Shown piece by piece: positions 13,720-26,227 of a stretch of 64,000 nt of DNA; position 1 is the stretch's first letter, and each line of letters starts with the position of its first letter. This DNA comes from Raillietiella orientalis (taxonomy: Eukaryota). The stretch lies in contig JAYWIR010000010.1 of assembly GCA_036172245.1 (NCBI GenBank), positions 682,001 through 746,000 on the forward strand, in the 5' to 3' direction. Both the position numbers and the translations under genes were made by a program. The notes beneath the pieces are model-generated. The model did no database searches and was not told the origin of the DNA. It saw only the letters and a list, made by a program, of their open reading frames with translations.

Positions 13720-14789
13720 TTTTTTTTTTTTTTTTGTCTGGGTTTTCTTTTTTTTTGGTTTGCTAAGTAGTCAAAGAACCGTTGGCCTCTTCAGGGGGTT
13801 CACGAAGCTCTCTTTAGTGCTGTCCACGCCACTGGAGGTGCGTGTTAACTTCTTCAGGTTAGGGGGGTACCCAGGAAGGAAACCACCCTGTGAATCCAGG
13901 AAGGGCCCCGGAGGAAGGAGTCCTCTCCTCTTACGCTTGGGAGGGAACCCCCAGAGGAACCCTCTCCTTGCTTGTCTCCCAAGGGAACCACCTCTCTTCT
14001 TTGTTCTCTCCGGAGCACCCCCTGGAGGAGATCGCTCCTCATTTCTTCTCCGAAAAGAATCCTGAAAGGATCCTCTCCCGGAATTTCCTCTCCGGAGGGA
14101 ACCTGCAAGGGAACCGCTCCTTGTTTCCCCCCTTGAAGAGAACCCGAAGGAACGCTGCCAAATTTCCCTGAAGGATCTGAGCTCCCCGAAGGGAGCAGAG
14201 CGCTTCTTACACTCTGGAGATGTATCAACCAGCTTCGTGGAGCACGATGGAGGGTCCTTCCGAAAGGACGGGGAGACTCCATTTTCAAAATCGGAGGGGA
14301 GCCCCGAAGGACTCCCGGATTCCTGGAAGGTCCCCGGAGGGCCAACTTCCAATCCCGACCGGTCAACGAGTGCATTCGGGGGTTTCCGGATTCCACTAGT
14401 GATCCCCTCCCTCCTCTTTCTTGTTTTCGACTGTTTTTTTTTCTTTTTGTTGTCTCCCCCTCCCCTGTGCTGCCGGGGAGAACCCCCCTGGCCTTGTGTG
14501 CCAGTTTCCGGCAGGTTCCTTTTCGTATTCTTAAGTTACGTGGCAGAATCGAACTTCCTGCCATAGCCGTTTGTTTTTTTTACAAATGAACGCTTCGGCG
14601 TGACCGGGTGTCAACCAGGGACCCACTCGAAGCCTATCGGTTAACCAGCGCCGTCCTGAGGAGAGAGAGAGGGGAGGGGAGTCGACGCATCCATTCCTTG
14701 GCGTCGATCCTTCCCCCGGTGAGATTCGAACCCGCAACGCTTGGCACCACGCGAGGAGACCGCAGCCACGCAGCATCCGACGCGGACCA
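13720..14789 (-). mobile_element. Long tRNA-headed SINE-like element, copy 1 (A-rich tail at 13720-13756; interrupted by a LINE 3' tail)
   Basis: Minus-strand head with B-box-like GGTTCGAATCT (14732-14722); colinear similarity to 38635-39210; A-rich 3' end on the minus strand. Confidence 0.7.
14400..14610 (+). mobile_element. 5'-truncated 3' tail of the L1/Tx1-like LINE family, nested antisense in the SINE-like element
   Basis: Same T-tract / CTGCCG..CGGCAG / TGGC..GCCA / CCGGGTG layout as 34220-34415 and 24225-24420; this segment is absent from SINE copy 2. Left boundary approximate. Confidence 0.7.
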
Positions 14790-16492
14790 TAATAATAAGC
14801 GAAATTTCACGAATTTTGCTTATCGAGCACTCAGAGAGATCGTAGGTTAAACAAATCACACTTTATCCCACCATCTACACGAACCAAGATCATGGTCGAG
14901 ATTGTTCTTACGATTGTTGGACCATAAACTGGAGTTTCCCATTCTGACCCTGATGCCCTCTATTCGATACTCTAGTCCCAGTGACGTTTTCTTGGCTTCC
15001 GTCTGAAACGGCTTTTCTCCACGCATAATCTAGCTTGGGAGTATCGTATACTACACCGTGGTCGTACACAGACACGCGAGCATCTCGTGGACCACCCCGA
15101 GATGTTTTCACGGGAGTGCTCTCGTCGGAATTTTCGTTGCATCTTTTCCACTCTTGCCTCAGTAATGCGTGATCTGTTCGTCTTTTGGTATTTTAAGGAA
15201 ACCCCAATGTTCTCCATTCTTTTGCGGTAACATAATATTCTTTGCAGCTGAAATTTCGTACGAATCTATCAGTCATTGGCAATTTGTCAAGCTATTAAAA
15301 ATAGCATCAAAGTGCACCTACTCGAAATCATGCCGTACAAGCAAAAAAAAATCCTTTAGGCTGTCCTTTGCCTAATATTTTAAAAGAGCTTCATGCATTG
15401 AAAGCATAGTCGCAATTCTGAAAGTCTGTTTCAGACTTTTTTTTTTTTAAAAAAAAAAAAAACTGAATTTATAGTTGTAAAATAGCTTATTGCAAATCCA
15501 CGTCTTTCGTTGCCTTTCTCTTTTTTTGCAATACAAAGTGCTGAAGTTTTCCTCTTCATGCATCCCATGTCTTGCTGTTTCGACTGAAAGTCTTCACGCC
15601 GCTCCGACGTCTGAAAAATTTTTTTCCTGCGATGGGGCCCGCGCACCTACATGCCAAGATGGGGCGTGCGGTGGGGGAGGGGGGGAACCTAGGATTTCAA
15701 GTAGCCAACTGTGGCTCCCACGGCATGAGTTATCTCTGGGCAGCTTGCTGTGTTGGGGTGTTCCGCGATCTTTGGACCGCCCTCTCTGTGCACATGCCGA
15801 GAGGTTGCCAAATTAAAGAAGTGTTGCTGTGCACACGAATTTCCGCAACGGCAGGGGGCGGTCAAAAATCGCCAGTGGACGAAAAATGCTTTCGGGGGTC
15901 TCCAGCTCGCTGGGAACTTTCGGCGGACCCCAAGGGGCTCTGGACCACCGCTCCGCACCCTCTGACCACCCCGCTTGTTATTTATTTATTTATTTTCTCG
16001 TGTTAGCCGCTCTCTCGATGTCCAATGGGTCAGCAGCTCCTGGCAGCAAAATTTTTCGCGTGGAGGAGTGTTATGTACCGAAAACGAAATGACGTCGATA
16101 TTATTCTTGCGACGCGCGGAACAGCCAATCGGGGGTTTCGTTATACCGGAATTTATTTTATTTTATTTTATTTTCTACAAAGAGACGAATTCATCCGCAG
16201 TCGTGCAACACGTGAGCTGTCTCCGTCGATGCAAAATAGAAGCAATCTCCAGTGGAATTTCCGTAGAATCCGAACGCGATCTGTCGCTTGGCTCCTGTGA
16301 TGTTTATGAACGACGACGGGACCATCTGGAATTTCGACTTCCTGCCAAAGTTCAAATTTAGACACGGTAATTTTTGGATGGATGCTTAGGTGAGCAGATT
16401 CACTAGTGTTCTTCATTCCACCTCCTGACGATATTGCCAGTTCCCCCCTCTCCAAAGCGAGAAGTGAAAAGGAACACAAAAGCGGAGCAGAC

Positions 16493-19400
16493 ATGGTAAG
16501 CACTCTCTTTACTATTCGGTGAACGAAATCAAACGGAAAGTTTATTTGAGCGGAGGAAAATTTGTTTGGAAACAAAAAAAAAAAAAAAAAAACTTGCACT
16601 TTCGGACTAAAGACGAAAAGCGTTATCGGTGACTGGGAAGAGCCCTCAGCTGCTCACTTGCATCTTTGTTTGTCTCTGCAAGTGCTGCTGCTGCTGTTTC
16701 TCGCATTTATTGAACTCAATGCGCAGCGCTGCCGATGGATTAATTAAACTGAAAGATTATGGGTCTCTCCCCTCCCCTCTCCCCTCTCCCTTTTTTTGTT
16801 TTTCTCCCCTCATCCTCCTTTTTCTTTCATCATCTCGAGCGTTTCAAACAAGCAGTTGATTTTTCGGAGTTTTAAGGAATTCCAAAAACCGTACTCGGTG
16901 TTGCATGCTGGACACATGCGGACGTTATCGTGTACACGTCGGTAAAAACATTACGTGTCTGAATGGTTCCACCATAATGAGGGTGCTGATGGTTCGGCTT
17001 TCGGGATGCTTTCTCGTATAGTTTTCAAAAGAGAAAAACCTTCAGTCTTCCAGATGTCTGTTTTCCTCTTAGTGCACACTTCCGAATGTGCATACATTGC
17101 GTGCTACTTTGGAACGGGTGCCGCACCTTCTCTGGAAGATGTTCGATTTCCGCACACAGAGGAATGCAAATCACCGATTCATTCACGCTGTACGTCATCG
17201 TACTGAAATCTTCCTGCTGCAAAGAGGAGGCGGTTCGCGATCGAACGGGGTTCCTCACTCCCAGGTGCACTTCGGTGTGCCTTCCATGTGGGCCTTTGGA
17301 TGCCTGGATGAGAGCTTTCCACACTTCTCGATTCTTCCGTTGTCTCGTGCGGGCATCTCGAGTGAGCGGGAGGATTGGGAAGATCAGTTGATCCTAGGTT
17401 CAACAGATGTTCGGGGGAGCCGATGTGAGACTTTGTCTCATCATGTGCCGTTATCATGAGCACCGTAGTGGGAAAAATTCCCTGGCATTGCTCCAGGAAT
17501 CTCGTTTGCACGTTGATCCTTACCAGATGTTCTGGTTGCCAACCAGTTGCTCTGGTTACTACCGGTAGCCGAATTATTATCCGGACTGCCCGTACGTGCT
17601 GAAATCCCGTTTATCTCGGAGGGAGACAGAGAGAAAAATGATGACTTCTCAGTACAAGGATAATAGCTATCTTGTGTTGTGGATTTGATAGCGCCTTTTA
17701 AATACAACCCCTCGGCTAGCCCAATGCGTCTTTCTAGTCTCACGTAAAACACGGCGTAAGGAAGGGCGGTCCAAAAGAAATGAATCTGCAAGCATCTACT
17801 TTCCTTTTCCGGTGGCGGAAAGGTTTCTTCATCTCTGACAAACTTTCATTACATCAGTTTGAAGTGTACGATTGGTGAGCTACTGAAACGTGCCCTATCG
17901 TCACATCTAGACCAAGCTCATTCAAACAACACAGCGGCTGCATAGTATAAAGGGGATGCGATCGGTTCAACGACGAATGCAATGCCGAGTTTCGAAGTAT
18001 CGGTGTGCTCAAGGTTGGTCCTGCAGAGCACTCTTTTTTCGACCCTCTTTATCTTGCTTCATGTCTTTCCTTTTTTTTTGACGCAGCTCTAAGGGGAGGT
18101 GAACTTGCGGGAAGTTGCTCGGCACGGATGCTCCCCAAACTTCGGGAAGTCGAAGAACTCGACTTTTCCAAGAGCAGGGCAACCCGGCCCATGCGCCGCG
18201 CATCCACCCACGCGCGTTCTATTTTTGGCGCGCGCTATTTCGGCTGCCCTGCCAAGGGAAACCAAAGGCGTTCCCCAAAGTATGCCATTCATACGATCCT
18301 GGATCCCGCGGGGCGTTCGGGACGTCACCCCTCCTGGCTGACGTGCAGCGTTCCGAAACCGGGCACGCTGCTTCAACCTCGAATGCTTCTTCCGCGAGTG
18401 ACAGCTTCCCGTTGCTGCATTGGATTGATGGTTGATGGTTTCGGGTAGCTCCAGAGTTGCCATTGCATCGTTTCCATCGACTTCCGGCTCAAGTCCGTGT
18501 AAGTCTGCCTCCTGCGGGCAAATCATTTTCCTGATCCCCTGAAGCATGGCGAGCATCTTGCCCTACTGATTTTCTTCTTGAAAACAAAAACCCAAGCCTT
18601 GCTCTTGCAAGGCGAGTCTCCCTTGCGGAAATCTGCTCTTAGCCCCTACTCCCTCTGCCCTTACTTGCTCGCCACGATGTGTGCTGTTGCTGCAAGGCGG
18701 CGTTCCCTTCCTGGCATACAACGTGTCTTCACGAACTGTTCCTGAACAGTTCTGCCCGGGGGGGAGCCCGGCTGCGGACTCCCGACAGCATCCCACACGA
18801 TCCGCTTCGCAACAAATCGGGGAGTTTCGGGTATGCGGAGAACACGCACGCACGCACCTTTCGCAGGGACCTGACGGGATTTCCTACTGCATCTCCTTTT
18901 GCTACCGGGAGTGTTGCGATTCCTCTTTCTAGTTTTTCGACTGCAATCTTCTTCAAGATGAAGTTTTGATCGAAGCGGTCGATGCCTGACTTTCCATCTG
19001 AAGCACGGAGGTGCATGAAACCACGCTCCAAGAAATGGAATCGTTCATCTTTCGATTCCAGATGGACGCCTTTCTTGGTGACTTTTCACAGCCACACGTT
19101 TTACACTCCCTGGTTTTAGGCGCTGATTCTTGCAGATCTGCGAAAACGGCCAAAGCAGCTGAATGCAGAGCGATCAAACTTGCATACCGATTGCATGGTT
19201 GCCCTTTAGGTCAACAACTTCCTGAATTTGGGAATCCTTTGTTCGGGAGGTCTTTAGAAATATCCCGGCTATTATGTGGGTGACTGACGAGGGAGCTCAG
19301 CGCGCCTCTGTTTGTTCAAAAGTCGCAGATGTCGGATGCTGTGCAGCGACCCAAGGAGTGAATCGCCTAGGAAACGGGAACTTTGCACACGCGGTTTTTT

Positions 19401-20966
19401 CTCGTGCCGTCAGCAGCAACCTGCTCGAAACGCTGGGAATCGGGCAGTGCCTGTGGGGATCCACGAAATGGGCAAGATGGTTTGCTGGCAGAATTCTTGC
19501 CACCAGCAATGCAGAAAGTTGGGATCAAAAGTGCTCTCTACCTGGGTGGGTGACTGTTTTTCCAGCTCGGCGAAAGGAAAGAGAATTTACCTGAAAAGAG
19601 ATGTAGAAACGGGAAGGGAGTGTTTGGAGGATAGTGATCTTCTCAACCTTTTTCATGTTGTTCCCACCCTCGTGCGGATCAGAGGATAAATTTCCCTTCT
19701 TGCTTCAAACTTACACAGAAAGTGAGCGATGATGACCTGCAATGGGATTCCAGATGCAATTCAGCATAAGGAAGAAAATAAAGTTCATGGCAACGCCGAA
19801 AGAAATCCAAACCCCGCCTACCAGGAGGAAAAAAAAAAAAAATGTAGCATCACTCCAAGAAAAAGAAAACTAAAAACGATTCGAACCAAAGCGCGTGTTC
19901 CAGGGCTATACACTCATCATGATGTCGTAAACTGACCCGAACTTTTTGTCGCAGGGCAGTTCAAAAGACAAGTCGGCGACTCTTCATGCAAACCGTGCTC
20001 CAAAATAATCCTCATTCACGTAAGACATATCGTAAGACAATATCGTACAATTGCATTTCCTCTTTTGATCATTCTGTATCAGTTCGATTCTGTCGACTCC
20101 GAATCTTAGTGGACGGTGGGACTGTCCTGCATTGAAAGAAATAAAAAAAAAAAAAAACGCATCTGTGTAAATAAAATTTGCTAATCCTCGAATTTGTTTC
20201 CGCTCGTAGGCAGACAAGGAAAAGAAGAAGAAGAAGAAGAAGGAGGAAGAGGTTGCACCAGAACCAGTAGCGGAAGTGTCTCCTGAACCAGAACGCAAGC
20301 CTTCTACCCGTAGTTCGAAGAGGGCAAAAAGGGCAGGGAGCAGCGTGTTTTCCATGTTTTCACAGAAGCAGCTGCAGGAGTTCAAAGAAGTATGAGTTGC
20401 AGCCACGTTTCGCTTGTTGCGATGTTCGGAAAATTCTTTCGACAAGGGTTTCCAACTAATGGATGCTGATAAAGATGGAATCCTCAACAAAAACGATTTG
20501 AGGCAGACTCTCGACATGGTTGGTCGCTTGGCTACCGATGCTGAACTGGAGAAAATGCTCAAAGAGGCCCCGGGACCCATAAACTTCACGATGATGCTGA
20601 CGATGTTTGCTGAAAGAATGTCGGGAGGTAATGAAACATAAGAGCGGAATTTTTCCACGTAATGGGATCGTGAAACCAGGGACGGATGACGACGACGTTG
20701 TGAAAGCTGCCTTCCAGACATTTGATGAGGACGGGAAAATCGATTGCGAAAAGTACTCTCTTTTAATCGGAGGGCACTTTGTTTTTCAATGAATTGCTAG
20801 ATTACGTCACAGCTTGATGACTTTCGGAGAAAAGTTTAGTTCTGACGAGGTCGACGACTGTTTCGAACAATTTCCTATTGACCCTTCAAACAAAGTGGAC
20901 ACTCAAGCTCTCCTGTCTCTATTGCTAGCGTCCGCTGTCGACGATGAAGAGGAAGAAGCATCTTAA
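16493..20966 (+). CDS. Mlc2: Muscle myosin regulatory light chain (~200 aa); ATG-only coding exon 16493-16495, then 20210-20389, 20447-20627, 20680-20752, 20801-20966
   Basis: ADKEKKKKKKKEEE...KRAKRAGSSVFSMFSQKQLQEFKE|GFQLMDADKDGILNKNDLR...EAPGPINFTMMLTMFAERMSG|GTDDDDVVKAAFQTFDEDGKID..LMTFGEKFS. EF-hand and arthropod-type N-terminal extension. The start is inferred from acATG|gtaagc at 16493. Confidence 0.93.
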
Positions 20967-23900
20967 AGTCACCTCATGGTAAGTTGCCCTAGGATTAAAT
21001 GTACTATCCAAATACTTCCCTTCAGAGCGCGAAGTGACCCTTAACAATGTATATGTGTAACTAGAAGTGTCTGGACCCCCAACAGGATCAAAATGGAACG
21101 TGTCTGTGACCCTGCTTCAACGATTCCCCTGCTTTTTTGTTCTAACTGGATGAGGCGTTCTAGTCATAGCTTTCCCTGAACGCTGTACACGTGCGTGGAG
21201 CTCCTTTTCTGTTTAATTTTGGAATCACTTTCACTTTTCCTGAGAATGTCAAACTTCATCATGGAGATGTAAATTATAACAACGCTTTTGTGGAGATTAA
21301 AAATTTTTTATTTCGACTACAGAATTTCAGACATTCTGTGGAGAGAATTTCAGATAGCCTGTGCGTTTCATTTGTTCACATACAGAAAGAATGTATTCTT
21401 TTCATAGCTGCACTCCAGCGAGAACTGCAGCGAAGAAGGCGGCTCCTGGGATGAAGGACGCACATAAAATGATTGCGAAGATACCAGTTGCTACAGGCAA
21501 CTGGTGTCGCCACGTGTTACCCGTGCTGAGGTGGATCACTAGGTGGTTCATCAAACAGACTGCAATCAGGTGCTCCCTTCCAGACTCCATCCCTTCACCT
21601 GTTTCCAGATTTTCAATGGCGGGCAGGCGACGAGGCTCGTGGAATGGAAATATTTGCTGGGAAATCGTTCCAGCTTCGATTCCGTTTTCGAACTCTCGTT
21701 TCCTCTCCATTCCGTACTTGCTGCCCTCTAGCTCTCTGGGACTCCAATGTCCCCCCGATCGCAGTAACTGCCGCGGCAGCCCCTGGCATTCCGTCTGCAT
21801 CTCTTTCGCTTGCCTCTTTCGCTCTTCTGTAAGGCACACCGATTAATCGATCAGACCATACGAACTACGGACTGTGCCATGAGAAACCAAAAGCATCAAG
21901 TGAAAAAAAAAAAAATGCTTCATGCCTTTGGTACTGCTTCGGAGGCACTTTAAAGTATTCTCTTTTAATTTGTTCTCAAACATAAGCACGTCGGGTACCC
22001 TAAACCAGTAAAGTACATCCTTCGACCAAGCTAATGGATTTGATGGGTAAAACATTGCCATGCTCCCTGCATCATGGTGAAAAGCGGTCCAACACTATAC
22101 GAAAAACAGGTGATAGTAACCTAGGTGTAAAATCTCGGTCTGCTGATACACTGATGGACAACTCCATACATGCTGCTTAGGTGCATCAAAATCCGCTGAC
22201 ACCCATCATCGTGATTCCTCGGTAATACCCACCGATCCGCGTCGTGCACGTTGATCTTAACTCGACTGCACTCAATCAATCAATGCAGAATCATTCACTC
22301 GAGACCATGAGGGGGACTCTGGTAGTTCCTTTTTACAAGTTCGGTATTTATTTAGTTCCCGATTCTGGAAGGAAGTTCCGGTTTATTCACCAGAAATGCC
22401 GGTAGCCGGCCTTCGTTGAAATCTCCCTGTGCAAAGCAAGCCCCGGATTCCCTCTAGTTGCGTTCCTCTTCTTGAAAAAATGCTTCTTTGAAAACAACTA
22501 CGAAGTGAGACCGAAACCGCTTATGAAAAGAGAGCCAATTCCTGTTTGGGAGTTTGCAGACGTCGTTCCCACGTGCCGGCAAGTGCAAATCACTTTCCAT
22601 GGAACGAGTGAGCAGTTCCACCAATTACACTGCATTGATGGTGAATTGTTTTTCCCTCTCGTTTTGCAATCGAGCATGAACGAAGGATCCCAACTGGAAT
22701 CTGTGAGACCAGTCATTTCTACTGCTTGGCTGATTGGGCATGCAAGAATATTCACATCTAAGTATATATAGATAGATAGATTACGATGTGTGGTTATTTG
22801 GTAACGGGTAAACATGCAATTCCACAAAGTGTGCACCTCAGGATGCAACCCAGTCCTTTATTCCACACTGCATTCATTGCTGAACAATTCACAAAGCCAG
22901 ATTCTAAAGGCCTCCATGGGATGTTCAACCCAAATTGTGCAATGCGTTCTTCTTACGGCAGCTGCGCTGTTGACAACCTCAGGAAGCAACGTAGCCGTAT
23001 ACATAGGTAAAACTGATGCACGAATTCCTCTTCTGAGAGATGCGAGTTCAGTACACCTCGCATCCAGAAAGAGTAAGCACGGAATCTTCCATGAGTTTGT
23101 TGAAATTTATGAAAGGCTGGGTTTGACATGTGGGAAACATCCTCGAAGAGGAGCTGCGTGCCTGTTTGCCACACTAAAACACCGGCAAACACACAGTTCT
23201 TTCTTCAGAATTCCATGATGCACCCCCGGTTCCCCCCACAACTGGAACTCTGCTTACCGTTGCGTCCCCGTCCTCATTAGAATTTTCCAGTTGAGTAAGA
23301 AGTTCGGATGGTCCCTGTTCTGCTGGCAACCTGCAAAAGTTCGAGGAGTCCACCAGGAAATGAAGCAAACGAAGTTGATCGAGTTGGCAAGAAGGACACC
23401 TCGGCCCCAGGCGAATCCGACACGAGCGTCTTTTTGCAAAGGCAAATGTGAAAACGAAATTTCAAAACCTCCATCACCTGCAGCTTCCGACGGTAAAGAA
23501 GACAGATTTTCCATTCGGTGCTTCCCTACCTGTAGCGGAATACGGAAGGGAGGGAGAGAGACTAATGGACTATTAGAAGGAACGCATAAACAAATGGGCA
23601 GCCAATAGAATGGAGGCGAGGCGTGCCAAAGGGTGTTTCGGAAAAGGGAAACACATGAATGTACACATCAACGTACTTTGCTTGCAAAAGAGAAACTCGG
23701 AAACATTCCTTTGGCAATAAGAACAGCATGTAACAGTTTGGGGAACGTGCAGTTCCTTCACTCAGCTAAGATGGCTGTACTTCCGATCTTTAAGCATTAA
23801 TCGTTACTAGAATAGCATATAAATGCCATTATTACATGCTATTATCACTGTATGAGAAACGACTTCTTCTAGCTCTTTTGACTGATGCTGCTTTGTATGC

Positions 23901-24220
23901 ATGATGGCTGGAAAAAAATTTCCGGATCAAGTCTCGTAAATTTAGTAAACTCAGGTATTTGCTAAGAGTTTGAACTCGAACGCTACAAGACCAAATCTTT
24001 TCTCTGGGAGGTCAAGACCATGGAGACAAATTCCTCGTGTCAAAAACAAACTTATGCAACAGGCTGTTCCTTTCGCAGAAAACTATGACCTGATTGCCGC
24101 AAAGAATAGGTTACAAATACGGAAGAGATCTATGACTACGACACGGAATCTGTTTCAGCACACTGTTTGTCAACGGCAAATTCCCTCTAAAATTCTCAAT
24201 CGCAAAGGAAGAGCATTCGA

Positions 24221-24778
24221 TTTTCATCCGGGTTTCGCCGGGGCGTTTATTTAAAACAAACTTTAACAAAGACGTGCTGTGGCTGGATCAGTGCTCCAGT
24301 CACGCACGAAGAAACACAGAGCCTGCCGGGTCACCGGTTCTCTGACCGGTACGGTCCACCACGGCAGCAGGGGGAATGGGGAATAAACAAAAAAAACTAA
24401 ACAAAAAGAAAAGAAAACTTGAGAGGGTAAGGGAAGGGATTACTGTTGCTGCTGGGGCCGTTCCATCCTTCGCAGGATGCCGGCAAGCTCTTTCTGCATT
24501 CCTGGATCCAGGTGGGGTCATCGCGACGCCCTCCTCAAGAATTCGAAGGCGTGCTGGATGGCACCCTTATCGCGAGGTCCTCCCGTACCCTTGCTCTAAG
24601 CGGCGACGATCCCGCGAAGGCAGCACAGGGCTGCTAACGCGGCCGCAGGCCGGAGGGCGTCGGCAACGAAGAGGGCTTTTAAGGCGTCCCTGGGGTTGCC
24701 GGAGGGGATTCCGATGGCCGCGGCAAAACGTAGCCAAAGGGGCCAGAGGGCAACACAATCCTCAAGTAGGTGGGGGAG
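24221..24778 (-). mobile_element. 5'-truncated L1/Tx1-like LINE (ORF2 C-terminus + 3' UTR) with 15-bp TSD
   Basis: Minus frame HLLEDCVALWPLWLRFAAAIGIPSGNPRDALKALFVADALRPAAALAALCCLRGIV, homologous to 33688-34182. Exact direct repeat AGGAAGAGCATTCGA at 24206-24220 and 24779-24793; A4 tail. Confidence 0.85.
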
Positions 24779-26227
24779 AGGAAGAGCATTCGAGTCCTCC
24801 GAACGGTGGCTGGCAACCAAGTTTGCTACGGGTGATGGGAAAGCCAAAACTTCAGGGATACCAGAGTAGAATGTGTGACATACATGTTTTTTTGGATTTT
24901 GCTGTCAGAATGGAGTGAGTGCGCACCTAACGGTCAAGGGGAGGAATGATATGGAGGCATCAGTTGAGTTAATAGCTAAGAGTTGGGGTATTCGCAGAAG
25001 ACAAGTGCTGAAGAAATTTTTCACACCGGCAAAATGGATGTAGTATGTACCGAGTTGTGGATTCGATTTGCATTGCGAAAACTAATTTAAGGTATAAAGT
25101 CTGTTGCCCAAAATGAGGACAGTCATGATTAACTGAATACAAAATAATGTTTTAGCAGAACTTATTCGAATTAGCTAACCCCCCGAAATTCGATTTTGAT
25201 GTATTCCGTTGACTTAAAATCATTCCGAAAAATCAGGTGTCTCTTGGTCCTCTTTAATCAAGGAATGCTGTCATCAATCACCATGCTTTTTTTAAAACAT
25301 GAGTTTGGTCTCAAATCTCTTTGGATTCCTCTTGGCGCCCACTTGATGATGATATGAGAAACGAAGGAACCGACAGTTTTCCAAAGATAAAAACAGGATA
25401 GAATACCAAGAAAGAATGATAACAAGGGAATTGAAACGAGTGCATAGTAGTAGTATTTGGGGTGATAGTAATATAATAATACATGTAACATGATCCCAGG
25501 CTTTGAAAATTAAGCAACCGAATATCTTAAGGGCAAGATGAAAGAAAAAAAAAAACCTGTGGTCGTCGTTTGCAATTTGGAGTGAAAACTTCATCAATTT
25601 TCTGTTCAGAGAACTCACTATTCACACCGTCTAACGTCATAAGGTCAATGTCCGTCTTCTGACATCGAACACTGAATAGCTCTTAGGCGTTACATAAAAT
25701 CCAATTACGTGAATAAAGATTGCATAAATACCGTTTGGCTGAAACCCTTGGATTATAATTTTAAATTACGTTTTCGGTGATTCAGCTCGTAATTCAACGC
25801 TGTTCTGCGGAGCTGACAAATTGATCAATAGTGGTCAAGCTATGTGCGGGTCTGCTGCATATACTGTACTTTTTCAACATTACAATTTTCCAAGTACAAA
25901 CATATCAGATAGGTTATTGAGGCACAGGCGATCAAACATTTCCTTTATTGTTTTACACACGTGTGACTGTGATTTATAATCTCTCCAAATAAACGGTTTT
26001 ACACACAATTTATGACTGATGGCAATGAAGCACAAAGTATTGATTGAACTCTTGGATGCAAACTGAAGCTGAAAAAATCGTCTCAGTCAAACAGTCATGG
26101 TTATTTTGTTTTCTCTTTCTTTGCATGATAATTAGGTTTATGTAAAATAGCAAGATCAATCAATGTTGGTGTCAATGGTAGCCTTCAACCTTATCTTGAG
26201 TTTTTCATCCCCAAAATATTGATAAAT

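Noticed and set aside
13771..14564. 193-aa and 236-aa minus-strand ORFs
   Set aside because: They lie in the GC-rich SINE-like repeat, one spans the nested insert, and the frames are broken in the second copy.
18005..19690. Overlapping ORFs in Mlc2 intron 1, including an RTE-tail-like RVLRIPETPRFVAKRIVW
   Set aside because: No other RT motifs and no consistent frame; explained by high GC content.
21402..21846. Mirror ORFs downstream of Mlc2
   Set aside because: No recognisable domain or splice structure.
22460..23530. Minus-strand CENP-B/pogo HTH-like remnant (NWLSFHKRF) and exon-like signals
   Set aside because: Single weak motif, in-frame stop, no DDE domain or TIRs.
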